IMG/VR virus record: IMGVR_UViG_3300028586_000750
DNA: 64,000 bases
Source: a virus
Reading direction: 5' to 3' (one strand)
Program-made: the position numbers and the translations under genes
The notes under the pieces: model-generated
The model's database searches: none
What the model was told of the DNA's origin: nothing
Seen by the model: the letters and a program-made list of their open reading frames with translations, nothing else
In this document: positions 16,482 through 26,477 of the stretch, in pieces
Numbering within the stretch: the stretch's first letter is position 1
Layout: each line of letters begins with the position of its first letter

Positions 16482-16652
16482 ATGGATAAAAGGAATGTCT
16501 TCGCGGCAATCTTAAGCTCAACCGGCGCACTTGTACTTGCGGCTACAGTAAGTTTTGGAGTAGCAAGTGCAGCAAATGCGGCAACTACAGAAGTAGGAAC
16601 CGGAACTGAGATCATTAGCGTTAGCGGTGCTAGCGGTATCCTTGCAGAATAG
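16482..16652 (+). CDS. Small secreted peptide precursor, not in ORF track
   Basis: 56 aa MDKRNVFAAILSSTGALVLAATVSFGVASAANA|ATTEVGTGTEIISVSGASGILAE; promoter TAGACA-N17-TAGACT, SD AAAGGA, terminator. Confidence 0.75.
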   Translation: MDKRNVFAAILSSTGALVLAATVSFGVASAANAATTEVGTGTEIISVSGASGILAE

Positions 16653-16720
16653 CAAAGATAAAAAAGCGAAGTGCCTCACATCTTACAACAATGTGAGGCA
16701 CTTCGCTTTTTACGTACCAA

Positions 16721-16921
16721 CTAGAAAATTGGTGCTAGAAAAACTACAGACAAATCAGGTGGACCAGAAATATTTTCACCCTCAGACTCAAAATCTATAT
16801 CAACACTTGTAGATGATAACTCTGGCGTTTTAATACGACTTGCAACTAACAGCAATCTCTTCTGCTCTTGCTCATCAAGAAACAACCTGGCTTTATCATA
16901 GCCAGACAAAAATTTACTCAT
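16721..16921 (-). CDS. Small hypothetical protein
   Basis: 66-aa ORF convergent on shared hairpin. Confidence 0.45.
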   Translation of the reverse strand: MSKFLSGYDKARLFLDEQEQKRLLLVASRIKTPELSSTSVDIDFESEGENISGPPDLSVVFLAPIF

Positions 16922-16962
16922 ACAACTTATCCAATGTTCCCTAAATAAGACTACCCTATGTA

Positions 16963-17859
16963 TTGAAAAAAGATTATAAATATGCTAGGATTAAAGGGAC
17001 AGATGAAAATGGAGTAATAAAAATGATCCAAAGCGGTACAGGTATCAGCAGGGCCTCACAAATTCTTGCTGAACTAGAAGCCAAACGTCGTGGCCCAATT
17101 GACGCAATTATTGAAAAGCAACGTCTTGCTGTGCGTGAAGACCTTCTAAAAGGTATTGATGATGACCATGACGAATACCTTGAAAAGGGTAACAAAATTG
17201 TCAAGCGCATTGAAACCGCTGAAAAAGAACTAGATAAGGTTCGCAGCGAAGTTCAAGCTTTTGCAACTAAAGCTAAAGACGAGCTTCTTTCTACCAAAAA
17301 GCAGATTGACGATGCAGTACAAACTGTTAACACAGAAATCAGCCGTCTTGTTGACCGAGCAAACCGTCTTCGTGAACTTAATGACAACGAAGAAGAAGAC
17401 TACAAGAAGCAAGTAGAGCGTGAAGAATTCCGCGATAGGCTTACTACTCGACGTGATGAACTCAAAGAAGAAATTCGTAACATTACGCAACAAATGAAAG
17501 ACCTACGTGTTGCTTCTGGTAACAAGTCCATGCCTAAAGAAGTGGAAGCTCGCGCTGTAGCCGTATACAAAGAGTACAAAGCTAACGAAGACGCCCTAGA
17601 GCGCCTATCAAGTGTCTCCGGTAAGAACCACGGAGCCATTATCGCTATGCTTGACCAGCGTATCGCAGAAATGCGTGATGCTCACTCTATGAGTGTTGCT
17701 TCCTCACAAGATGCAGCAGATAAACTCAGTACGTTACTTCAAGAAAAAGCTGAGTTTGAAATCAAAATCGCTAAACAGCGCGACGAGCTTTACGATGCTG
17801 CTCTTACCGAAATTGTTGCACGTGGACTTACAGAATTTTTTGAAGTCAAAAGCGAATAA
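16963..17859 (+). CDS. Long coiled-coil protein
   Basis: Glu/Lys/Arg-rich heptad character. Confidence 0.8.
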   Translation: MKKDYKYARIKGTDENGVIKMIQSGTGISRASQILAELEAKRRGPIDAIIEKQRLAVREDLLKGIDDDHDEYLEKGNKIVKRIETAEKELDKVRSEVQAFATKAKDELLSTKKQIDDAVQTVNTEISRLVDRANRLRELNDNEEEDYKKQVEREEFRDRLTTRRDELKEEIRNITQQMKDLRVASGNKSMPKEVEARAVAVYKEYKANEDALERLSSVSGKNHGAIIAMLDQRIAEMRDAHSMSVASSQDAADKLSTLLQEKAEFEIKIAKQRDELYDAALTEIVARGLTEFFEVKSE

Positions 17860-18054
17860 CTAAAGTTTACCAAAGCTAACGCTGGGATACCTTTTCATCT
17901 GTCAATGAAGGTATCCCAGCGTTATTTGTATGCCCAGTAAACAAAGGACTAACAGGTAATATATTACCTATGAATATTTAACGTAAAACCCTGGTAAAAT
18001 ACGAAAATAGGCTAGACTATATTTAGGGCAAACAGCCTTTCGTTAGGGAAAAAT

Positions 18055-18633
18055 ATGGAAAAAATAACCAGCGCTTATGCTATCAACTTGCGCAATATTA
18101 CTGGTACCAGAACTCTTTTATCTAACTTATCTACAAGTTTAGATACCCCTATTAACGATAGTACAGATCCCCACGAAGTTCTTCGCTACTTTCAAGAAAA
18201 ACCGTTAACTTTGCTTATTAAAGCTAACGATGAACAAGCTGCTTTAGTGGGTTTCTCCAAAAACATGTATAAGGCCCCAGAGCATTGGGTTACCACAACT
18301 CTTGTCTTCACAAAGTTCCGTGGTTCTGAGCTTAATAAAGAACTTAAAAGAGGTATAGCAGAAATATGTGACCTTAACGAAATTCCATTAGGCGCTATTG
18401 TACGTGACTGGAACTTGCGTTCTTATAATGCTATGCGTAAAGCGTTCCCTTACACTGAACCACAAGTTATTCCTTTGAAACCTAAAGACAACAGACCTAA
18501 TAGTGACAGTGGATGGTTCTTTGATTTAAGAACAGCCGTTTTTGAAGCACCAACTGTCAAAGTGCGAAAATTGGATACATACATCAACGAATGGTGGAGT
18601 TACCAAGCCCAAAATGAACTAGAGCTTGTGTAA
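18055..18633 (+). CDS. GNAT-like acetyltransferase fold protein (putative)
   Basis: VFTKFRGSELNK and VRDWNLRSYNAMRK resemble GNAT motifs A and B. Confidence 0.45.
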   Translation: MEKITSAYAINLRNITGTRTLLSNLSTSLDTPINDSTDPHEVLRYFQEKPLTLLIKANDEQAALVGFSKNMYKAPEHWVTTTLVFTKFRGSELNKELKRGIAEICDLNEIPLGAIVRDWNLRSYNAMRKAFPYTEPQVIPLKPKDNRPNSDSGWFFDLRTAVFEAPTVKVRKLDTYINEWWSYQAQNELELV

Positions 18634-18679
18634 AGACATAAACTGCACACAATGAACTTTGTCTTCCGATATCAAAAAC

Positions 18680-19297
18680 ATGAATACATCAAGACAAGGT
18701 TTTACGCCTTCAAATTATTTAGAGCGCATCAAACCTCCACTTATTTCATTTGGTCTAATTATGATTGGCGTCGTTCTAGCTGTGCTAGGTGGGGTTTTCA
18801 TTATCTTGCGTGATACTGTAGAACTCGGCATTCTGCCTACGGTCACATTGTTCTTAGGTTCAGCTTTAATTTTAGCCAGCGCAGGTTACCTAATTGGACG
18901 TTACATCCGTAGAAGTGAAGCTAAACGTGAAGATGAAAACAATTTCCAAAAATGGGTTGTTGAAAATTATAACGTCACATTAAGCAAAGAACAAAAAGAC
19001 CAACTATATAACTACGGTTCAACAGTAGTAGAAGGTAAACGTTACATCCTTAATCATGATTTAGATGAAGATGGTAATGACAAAGTTTACTTGTTCACAG
19101 AAGCAGAAATTCAAGAGCGAGTTGAAACAGGTTTAATTCAAACCCTTAACAGTGTTCCAGAAGGTTTTTACCCTGAGAATGAGGATGACGAAGAACTTAT
19201 TGAACAAGCAAGAAAAGCTGAACAAGCTGAACTTAATGACACTAATGTAATTCAAGCCCCACCAGTCATTAAAGCTGCTCAACCAGTTAAAGAATAA
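18680..19297 (+). CDS. Two-TM membrane protein (family with 26928 and 35371)
   Basis: Two hydrophobic helices then FQKWVVENYNVTLSKEQKDQLY. Confidence 0.75.
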   Translation: MNTSRQGFTPSNYLERIKPPLISFGLIMIGVVLAVLGGVFIILRDTVELGILPTVTLFLGSALILASAGYLIGRYIRRSEAKREDENNFQKWVVENYNVTLSKEQKDQLYNYGSTVVEGKRYILNHDLDEDGNDKVYLFTEAEIQERVETGLIQTLNSVPEGFYPENEDDEELIEQARKAEQAELNDTNVIQAPPVIKAAQPVKE

Positions 19298-19492
19298 TAC
19301 TTACAAAATACAGCGAACCTTCAAGTTCAGCTTGAAACTTATGGTAGACTTATACCAGTTAAGCCAAGAGGAACGAACCTTTTGTTTGTTGTATGTTGTT
19401 GAAAATCGTTCCCTTGATTTAACAAATGCCCCTAACAGTACAGAACTGTTAGGGGCATTTAATTTTGTTTGATATGATTTGATAATAAAAGT

Positions 19493-19594
19493 ATGAGTGT
19501 AAAGAAATACCTTACACTGCCGCATGGAAGTTGCAGATGTATATGTATGAATGAGAGATACTGCACTTCCCAGTGTAAGGTATTTCGGAATTAA
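19493..19594 (+). CDS. 33-aa Cys-rich peptide encoded in a long hairpin (tentative)
   Basis: MSVKKYLTLPHGSCRCICMNERYCTSQCKVFRN. Confidence 0.35.
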   Translation: MSVKKYLTLPHGSCRCICMNERYCTSQCKVFRN

Positions 19595-19660
19595 TATCGG
19601 TTCCTCCGCTGATTTTATTTAAGAAACTTTTTCCTCTCCATTTAAACACTCCTCCTCCAT

Positions 19661-19710
19661 AAAAAGAGGGTCAGTTGGAAATTCCTCCTCTTCCAACTGA
19701 CCCTCTTTTT
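19661..19710. terminator. Bidirectional intrinsic terminator downstream of tdk
   Basis: aaaaagagggtcagttggaa / ttccaactgaccctcttttt. Confidence 0.8.
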
Positions 19711-19717
19711 TGTTGCC

Positions 19718-20302
19718 TTAAACTATATCTCCAACTTTTTCAAGATAGCAAACGCCACATAGCGATTCATATTCGGCTTCTTGCCCATCAATAGCTACAG
19801 CAGCACCTTCATTAACAAAGACCCCATTAATCTTTCTTCCATTAAAAGTTGCTTTACGTCCACAACGACAAATAGTTTTTAACTCTTCCAACGAATGAGC
19901 TAATTCAAGTAAACGAGCAGAACCAGTGAACGCGTTAGTTTTAAAGTCTGCTCTAATACCGTAAGCAAGAACAGGTACGTTTTCTTTGACAGCAATTAAG
20001 AAAGCTTGGTTAACTTGCTCGCGTGTTAAAAACTGTGCCTCATCAATGAGAACACAATCAACGTAGCCGTGCTCTGTTACATAGTTACGGAACTTAACAT
20101 GTAAATCATCATCAGCTAATAATGGCAAATCAACAGCGCGTTGAATTCCTAAACGAGACAAAACATTTTTATGTTTAGTATCAATAGAGGGTTTGACGAC
20201 AATGACTTTTTGCCCTCTTTCCTCATAGTTATATGCAACTTGGATCAACGCGGTACTTTTCCCCGAGTTCATGCTGCTATATCTAAAATATAACTTAGAC
20301 AA
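19718..20302 (-). CDS. tdk: Thymidine kinase (type II)
   Basis: YSSMNSGKST P-loop, LIDEAQFL, YGIRADF, CRCG...CGVC zinc site; likely TTG start. Confidence 0.95.
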   Translation of the reverse strand: MSKLYFRYSSMNSGKSTALIQVAYNYEERGQKVIVVKPSIDTKHKNVLSRLGIQRAVDLPLLADDDLHVKFRNYVTEHGYVDCVLIDEAQFLTREQVNQAFLIAVKENVPVLAYGIRADFKTNAFTGSARLLELAHSLEELKTICRCGRKATFNGRKINGVFVNEGAAVAIDGQEAEYESLCGVCYLEKVGDIV

Positions 20303-20669
20303 GCTTCTTACTCCTTCGGAAAAGACCTTTCTTTTCAACAACTACATTTTCTGCTTCTTTTTCGTTAGCTTCACGAATGTTTTCTAGATTTTCTTCCCAA
20401 AGTCGTCTTGTTTCCTCATCCACTTTGGAAGCGTTGCGGCGAACATTTTCTGTTGAAACATAATGCTCTTCAACTCTAGCTGGGGCTTTAGCGTTCTGCA
20501 ACATTGGTACATCAGAAAGGCTGTTTGTGCTGTCTACTTCGTCTTTGTAATCAAAATCTTCTTGACCACTAAAAGAGGAAGAATTCTTTTGAGAAACAAC
20601 CCAAGCAACACCAGCAGCGATGGTACCAATACCAGCGGCAACACCAAATAATACGTTTTTGTTTGACAT
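20295..20669 (-). CDS. Membrane-anchored hypothetical protein
   Basis: N-terminal TM helix; likely start MSNKNV. Confidence 0.7.
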   Translation of the reverse strand: MSNKNVLFGVAAGIGTIAAGVAWVVSQKNSSSFSGQEDFDYKDEVDSTNSLSDVPMLQNAKAPARVEEHYVSTENVRRNASKVDEETRRLWEENLENIREANEKEAENVVVEKKGLFRRSKKLV

Positions 20670-20718
20670 ACCAAAAGTATAGTACAAAACACAAAATAAT
20701 CTCTGTTTTTGGATATAG

Positions 20719-20752
20719 TTATGGCCTACCAGAATTAACTGGTAGGCCATAA
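20719..20752. repeat. Palindrome-family variant CTACCAG-AATTAA-CTGGTAG
   Basis: Compensatory stem change relative to core. Confidence 0.85.
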
Positions 20753-20761
20753 GGTATTAGG

Positions 20762-21247
20762 TTAGCTCCAAACGGAAGAGACTAATTCTTTTTTCTCAAC
20801 AGGCTTCAAACTGTCCATATCCCACATGTCACCATGTGAAGTGTATGTTCCACTTAGGCGATAATTTTTGCCTTCAATTTCAAAGACAAGCCAGGATGAC
20901 TTAGATGAGTTTAAAGCGTTTTTGTCTCGTTCAACAAAAGTGAAAACCCTGTTGCGGAATTCAATTTTGTCTCCTGTGATATATAGTTCCCTAGGGAACT
21001 TTTGTAGCCCTTCGTGACTTCCTGCCGACCTGCTTAGACCACTGTAATCAAGGACAAGATTTTTTACGTCCTCATCAGTAAGTTCTGGCATAACATCAGG
21101 ATAGATGATTACTTCGTTGATACTATCGCGGCTTTTGATAGTACGAGAAATGAAGTTAAGAGCAGATTTTTCATCTTCAAAATCGTGCGACCTTACCCCT
21201 TCACCTTCCCATGAAAAGGTGGACGTTACAACGGTTACTTTAGCCAT
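20762..21247 (-). CDS. Hypothetical protein (C-terminus similar to 49660 and 45045 ORFs)
   Basis: FEIEGKNYRLSGTYTS..W..V..KE motif. Confidence 0.75.
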   Translation of the reverse strand: MAKVTVVTSTFSWEGEGVRSHDFEDEKSALNFISRTIKSRDSINEVIIYPDVMPELTDEDVKNLVLDYSGLSRSAGSHEGLQKFPRELYITGDKIEFRNRVFTFVERDKNALNSSKSSWLVFEIEGKNYRLSGTYTSHGDMWDMDSLKPVEKKELVSSVWS

Positions 21248-21424
21248 TAATTAATTCGACTCCTCAGTCGTCAGTCTTTATAGCATATCAGATTTAGGAG
21301 GTAAAAGTCAAGTATTTATCGCTTTTACCCTAAGTCAGAAACTTTTATTTCTGTGATGTTGCTTTTCTTGTGTAGGTGTCGTATGATTGAGACATACCGA
21401 ACATCCCCAATTGAAAGAGTAATC

Positions 21425-21856
21425 ATGTTCACCGAGTACGACCGCACCCTTAACATCCTGACGCTGACTGATGCTGACGTTATTGCTGATTGGCGTAACG
21501 GTCTTCTTCGTAACACTGCACTTGTTGTGACCACTCAGGGTCACGCAGAAGGTATTCGTCTTGGCACGTTCGGTTCGTTCGCTGGTTACGTTGACGGTTC
21601 CCTTGCAGAGCACTTCTACAAGGGCATGCGCAACCCTCAGTACATTCGTGGTACTGGCAAGTGTGAGCTTGCTAGCGTCACCGACCTTGTTGAGGACACT
21701 GATGAGCGTTGGGAGTTCGACAGCTTCGGTCCTGGTAACACGTACACAGATGACATGGTTTCAGCTCAGGTCACCTGTGAGCATGGTGTTACTGGCCGTA
21801 TGGTCTTCACTACCAGCATTGGTGAACTCATTGGTACGATTGTTAACGCTTCGTAA
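21425..21856 (+). CDS. Hypothetical protein
   Basis: Likely start MFTEYD; terminator follows. Confidence 0.75.
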   Translation: MFTEYDRTLNILTLTDADVIADWRNGLLRNTALVVTTQGHAEGIRLGTFGSFAGYVDGSLAEHFYKGMRNPQYIRGTGKCELASVTDLVEDTDERWEFDSFGPGNTYTDDMVSAQVTCEHGVTGRMVFTTSIGELIGTIVNAS

Positions 21857-21956
21857 CTGATAGCTAAAAGGGCAAGCATCTAAATGGTGCTTGCCCTTTT
21901 AGCGTTTAGCAGATATACTAATTATATAGCCCTGTATAAAGACAGAAAGAGTGCAC

Positions 21957-22514
21957 ATGAGTAAGAACATTGTTATCACCGGAATGCCTGGTTCCGGTAA
22001 AGGAACACAAGCTACACTGCTAGCTTCACGTCTAGGTATTCCTCACATTTCAACTGGTGATATTTTCCGTGACGAAATGAAGCGTCAAACCCCTCTTGGT
22101 ATTTCTATTACCGAAAGCATGAATGCCGGTAAGTACACGAGCGACGAGATTACTAACGCTGTAGTTAAAAACCGTCTTGCTCAGCCTGACGCAGCGGACG
22201 GGTATATCCTTGATGGTTACCCTCGCACAGTGAACCAGGTTGCGTTCCTAGATGAAATTGGTGTTGACATTACTCATGTCATTGACCTTCACATTGACCC
22301 TGACCTTGCTCTCAGCCGTCTGCTAGGTCGTGCTCTAGAACAAGCGCGTGGTGATGACACTGAAAGTGTAATCCGTGGTCGCATTGATACATACTTTAAG
22401 ACAGTTGTTCCTGTGCTTGATATTTATAAAAGCCGTGGTCTAGCTGAGCAAGTGTCTGCTGTTGGTAAAATTGCTGACATTAACGAAGAACTATATACCC
22501 TCCTAACTAAGTAA
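21957..22514 (+). CDS. adk: Adenylate kinase (short LID type)
   Basis: GMPGSGKGTQ, HISTGDIFR, ILDGYPRTVNQ, RGDD. Confidence 0.95.
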   Translation: MSKNIVITGMPGSGKGTQATLLASRLGIPHISTGDIFRDEMKRQTPLGISITESMNAGKYTSDEITNAVVKNRLAQPDAADGYILDGYPRTVNQVAFLDEIGVDITHVIDLHIDPDLALSRLLGRALEQARGDDTESVIRGRIDTYFKTVVPVLDIYKSRGLAEQVSAVGKIADINEELYTLLTK

Positions 22515-22530
22515 CCGCAGAAAGAAAATA

Positions 22531-22812
22531 ATGCTTAATTTTAAAGAAATCCTTAAAGCTAAAGGCTTTACCCCTAGCGATAATGAACTTTTTGCTAACA
22601 CCCGTTGGGTTAAAGTTTCTGAAACAAATGACATTATGTTCCATGTTTTCATTGAAGGCAAAAATGGTGACCACGGAGTTAACTACTTCACAACCACCAA
22701 ACTTAATGGTCTTCCTCAGGAAGCAGATGACCTTACCGGTTCATTTGGAAAAGGTCCAGTTGAATTCTTTGAAGCAGTCCTAGACGCAGGTATCGCTATC
22801 CTTAACAAATAA
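22531..22812 (+). CDS. Hypothetical protein
   Basis: 93-aa ORF cotranscribed with adk. Confidence 0.7.
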   Translation: MLNFKEILKAKGFTPSDNELFANTRWVKVSETNDIMFHVFIEGKNGDHGVNYFTTTKLNGLPQEADDLTGSFGKGPVEFFEAVLDAGIAILNK

Positions 22813-22816
22813 TACA

Positions 22817-22860
22817 AATAAGTAAAGCCCCACCAGTTAGCTGGTGGGGCTTTACTTATT
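22817..22860. repeat. Palindrome family between convergent genes
   Basis: aataagtaaagccccaccag-ttag-ctggtggggctttacttatt. Confidence 0.9.
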
Positions 22861-22866
22861 ACCTCT

Positions 22867-23289
22867 TCAAGCGTTGATACCAAACTTAGTTAGGCGTCGT
22901 CGTACTTCATCAATTTTCTTATTAGCAATGATGATGTTAGGCGTAGGGCGAGGGGCGCGACGGAGAGCATCCCCAAATGAGCGACGAATGCTTTTATCTT
23001 CCGCTACAGCAGTTTCAATGCCTGCCTTGAAAATCTGTGGAAAATAAATTTCTGCAAAAAGGTTAAGTTCCTTCTTATCACGAAGCACTGCCACAAGGTC
23101 AGTACCTTCAAGATAAGGCTTGTCAGTGACAAAATGAGTAATGTTATGCTCTTTGAGCTTAGCAACCGCAGCTACTACAAGAGAATGGTCAGCAGCAGAG
23201 AAATGCACACGACGTTTAAGTGGCCACTTCACCGCTGTTCCGAAGGTTGAACCGTTTGCTACTTCAATTACACGAAGCATGTTTGTCAT
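22867..23289 (-). CDS. Hypothetical basic protein
   Basis: 140-aa ORF, SD AAGGAG. Confidence 0.75.
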   Translation of the reverse strand: MTNMLRVIEVANGSTFGTAVKWPLKRRVHFSAADHSLVVAAVAKLKEHNITHFVTDKPYLEGTDLVAVLRDKKELNLFAEIYFPQIFKAGIETAVAEDKSIRRSFGDALRRAPRPTPNIIIANKKIDEVRRRLTKFGINA

Positions 23290-23536
23290 TTCTATCTCCT
23301 TTCTGATTAACTCTATGATGACATAAGAATACTATAAATGTAAAGCGGAAAAATCGCTTTTTTAGAAAATTTGGAACTTTAACAAAAGTTATAACAAATT
23401 TGGTGCAAATAAATTATTAATCCTCTTAGAGGAACTAATTTCATCTTAATATTACTAACAACATATATGGGATTAAAAAGCAGAGACGGTTGACACCATT
23501 TCTAGTGTCAACCGTCTCTGCTTTAACTAATTAAGC

Positions 23537-24532
23537 TTATGTCCATGTAGATTTGAATTTACGTTCAAATTTAGGTTTCATATCGTGCTCTAAACGTTCG
23601 CGTTCGATACCTTTTTTAACCGCTAAAGCATCCATAAGGTTGTCATATACTCGTTGCTTTTTAGCGTTATATTCCGGACTGTGATTAGGCATGATACCTT
23701 CACGTACGGCACGTAATTCTGCCTGAATTTCAGATGCTACTCTTTCAGCAGAAGAGACTGTCCTAATAGGCATATCAATAACATCTTTCAATACTGAACC
23801 GTCAGGTGCAGTAAGCGCTTTAGCTCTTTTAGCTTCCTCGCGTTGAGCTTTTTCTAATGCTCTGTTTTCACGTTCTTGTTGACGTTGACGGAGCACTGGA
23901 TCTTGAATACGCGATTCTCTACTTAAACCTTCAACAGGCGCAGAAGGGTAACACGCGGTGCAAGCAACTTTCCCAGCATCAGCAACCAATGTTGCTTCAT
24001 CTTTACCAGAATAATCTGTTAACCAAATGTATTGCGTTGATGGTGTACATGTTCTACAGTTCATGTTTTTGTGGACATGACCGTTAGAGTTTTTAACTAA
24101 AAAACCACGTGTCCATGGTCTACGTTTGTATTCAAGCTCATAAGGAACAACTTCTTCTAGAATTTGATTAGCTTCTTTATGATATTCGCTTATCTTTTCT
24201 TCTAAACGTTCAATACTACGAGAGGTACTTTCATAATATCTTGAAGTTTCGCTCATTTCTTCAAGGATACGTTCCGTTCTTTCCAAATTGACTACTGCAA
24301 CGTTAAGAGGTACAGCAACTTCATAGTATTTGTCGTATAGTTCAGAAATTTGTGTGTCTATTTCTTTGGGTTCTTTAGAAGACAAAGGATTTTTAAGTTT
24401 TTCCATATCTTTAAGCTGTTCTGTTACTGTTTTGGTACTGAAGTCAGCAGGTAAACCTTTATTACCATGACGTAAACAGTTTGGGCCGGAATAGCAACGG
24501 CTACCATCGGGCAAAGTAATATATTGAGCCAT
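23537..24532 (-). CDS. Protein with N-terminal PDGxxCxxGPxCxRH tag and internal HxHxxxxCxxC...CxxC zinc domain
   Basis: MAQYITLPDGSRCYSGPNCLRH; GHVHKNMNCRTC...ACTACYPSAP; SD AAGGAG. Confidence 0.85.
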   Translation of the reverse strand: MAQYITLPDGSRCYSGPNCLRHGNKGLPADFSTKTVTEQLKDMEKLKNPLSSKEPKEIDTQISELYDKYYEVAVPLNVAVVNLERTERILEEMSETSRYYESTSRSIERLEEKISEYHKEANQILEEVVPYELEYKRRPWTRGFLVKNSNGHVHKNMNCRTCTPSTQYIWLTDYSGKDEATLVADAGKVACTACYPSAPVEGLSRESRIQDPVLRQRQQERENRALEKAQREEAKRAKALTAPDGSVLKDVIDMPIRTVSSAERVASEIQAELRAVREGIMPNHSPEYNAKKQRVYDNLMDALAVKKGIERERLEHDMKPKFERKFKSTWT

Positions 24533-24633
24533 TATATTCTCCTTAAATAAGTTATATACCATACCTATCAGATAAACAGCGCTCATATAGTAGAAAAGTG
24601 TGGTTAAACTCTTGTGAATGTTAAAATAAGTAT

Positions 24634-25173
24634 ATGGAAAATATTACTCTTGCAGATTTAGCTGCTTTTAATAGCCGTAAACCTACAGTGCATGCTCATG
24701 GAGCTTGGGCTGACAAATTTAGGCACAGCGCTGGTGGATATGAAATCAAAGACATTGTTGATATCCGTGAAGATATTCTCACTGCACAAATTAATGCAAA
24801 ACCTATTGTGGTTAAAGCATCAACAGATTATGTAACAAGTGTTCTTGTTGAAACAGAAGATGGTAAAGATACATTTAATGTGGAAGACGAAAATGGTGAG
24901 CATCTTTACTTACGTATTTCTAAAGAACTTGGTACTCTAATTTTCTTACCCACAAATGTTAAAGTTCTTCATGATGAAGATGAAGAAGGCAACTTAATCG
25001 TTTCACAAAATTATTGGGAAGCGGAAGGACCAGGCTTATTCTTAACTGGGGTCACTATTGACGAATACAATGAACGTGGTGACGAATATTCTAGTCTTCG
25101 CTTAAAGTCGCGTTTGCGTTTTGTAGCACGTAACGGTGTGCTTTCTGTTGAAATTTTACCCACCCAATCATAA
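24634..25173 (+). CDS. Hypothetical acidic protein
   Basis: 179-aa ORF. Confidence 0.75.
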   Translation: MENITLADLAAFNSRKPTVHAHGAWADKFRHSAGGYEIKDIVDIREDILTAQINAKPIVVKASTDYVTSVLVETEDGKDTFNVEDENGEHLYLRISKELGTLIFLPTNVKVLHDEDEEGNLIVSQNYWEAEGPGLFLTGVTIDEYNERGDEYSSLRLKSRLRFVARNGVLSVEILPTQS

Positions 25174-25208
25174 TTGACTTTAGAGAAATAAAGTGTTCTA
25201 ATTAGAAC

Positions 25209-25541
25209 ATGACAACAATTCTGAATGCTAGCGAAGACCTAGCATCTTTCATTCGTGACCGAACTGCAATTATTGACCCAACTTATGCAGCCTTCATGGC
25301 TTCTGGTCGTCCTGTCAATGAATGGCTCGCCTACCAGGACCGTGTTGAACGACCAACAGATGACCTTGGCATAGAAGGACTAACATGGTCTGTTGAGCAG
25401 TTTACTTCTAGCATGTTCATTATTAAGCGCAAACGTGCTCCTTACGATGAAGACCGCTACGAGTTCACCCCATCAGGACAGAACAAGACATACAAGACTT
25501 TTGCTGCTGCACAAAAAGCTGCAATTAAGAAGAACAAGTAG
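25209..25541 (+). CDS. Hypothetical protein
   Basis: 110-aa ORF after TTGACT promoter. Confidence 0.75.
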   Translation: MTTILNASEDLASFIRDRTAIIDPTYAAFMASGRPVNEWLAYQDRVERPTDDLGIEGLTWSVEQFTSSMFIIKRKRAPYDEDRYEFTPSGQNKTYKTFAAAQKAAIKKNK

Positions 25542-25546
25542 CTGTT

Positions 25547-25588
25547 ATTAGAAATGCCCACCAGGATTAACTGGTGGGCATTTCTAAT
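25547..25588. repeat. Palindrome family / terminator
   Basis: attagaaatgcccaccag-gattaa-ctggtgggcatttctaat. Confidence 0.88.
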
Positions 25589-25664
25589 TGGTTGACAAAA
25601 TAGGGTAAACATGGTTAACTTGAAGTATACGAAGTAATTCCGTTATCAAAATTGAGAGAAAAAC

Positions 25665-26372
25665 ATGTCACTTACCTCATCCGAAGCTAGCCTTCTTATT
25701 GGCCTTACCTCAGGTAGTATTTTTGCAGAAGACATTAAGGCTATTACTGACCGTCAGTTCTTTGAAGCCATTACTCCTCTTATCCTTTCCAATAACGAAT
25801 TTCATACTTTTGAAATTGTTGAAAGTATCGCAAGCCACTACCTTGCTAACCGTTATAACCTCGAAACCATTCTTAGCTTTTATGTGAAGAATGTTCGTAG
25901 TGCTTACTCAATCAGGAATACTGCTGGTGGGCTTTCTAAGCTTGAAGCTCGTCAGGCGCTTTACAAGCTTGCACCTAAAATTAGTGCCGAAAGCTACATT
26001 GGCATGGAAGATGTAATCCCTTATTCTGATGCAGTTGAGCTTGCGAAGACAAATATTGGTCTTGCTCTCGCTTTCCTTCAGTCTCGTGGTTACCAGGAAG
26101 ATGTGGTGAACTATCTTTGGTCTGCGTTCGAAGCTAATCCTTTCAATTTTTCGGATACGGCAAAAGACACACTAGCTCGTTTTGTTCCTGACGAGGACCG
26201 AATGATTCGCTGTTTCCTTATTTCTCCTAGTGTTGTTGATAATGCTAACTTCACTGCTCGTGTTGCTAAGCAGTATCTTGCACGTGCAGCATCAGATGAG
26301 GCTATGTTCCAGGCTCGTCTTTACCACTTTAGGGAGAAGGGTATTTTCCCTGAACTTACCGAAAGTTTTTGA
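25665..26372 (+). CDS. Hypothetical helical protein
   Basis: 235-aa ORF. Confidence 0.75.
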   Translation: MSLTSSEASLLIGLTSGSIFAEDIKAITDRQFFEAITPLILSNNEFHTFEIVESIASHYLANRYNLETILSFYVKNVRSAYSIRNTAGGLSKLEARQALYKLAPKISAESYIGMEDVIPYSDAVELAKTNIGLALAFLQSRGYQEDVVNYLWSAFEANPFNFSDTAKDTLARFVPDEDRMIRCFLISPSVVDNANFTARVAKQYLARAASDEAMFQARLYHFREKGIFPELTESF

Positions 26373-26477
26373 TTTAAAAACGCAACAAAATAATGCGCCA
26401 CCCAACAATATTATTGGGTGGCGCATTATTTTATTAAAAAGATACTCACAAAGTTTTTAATGGCCGATAATGGAGGC

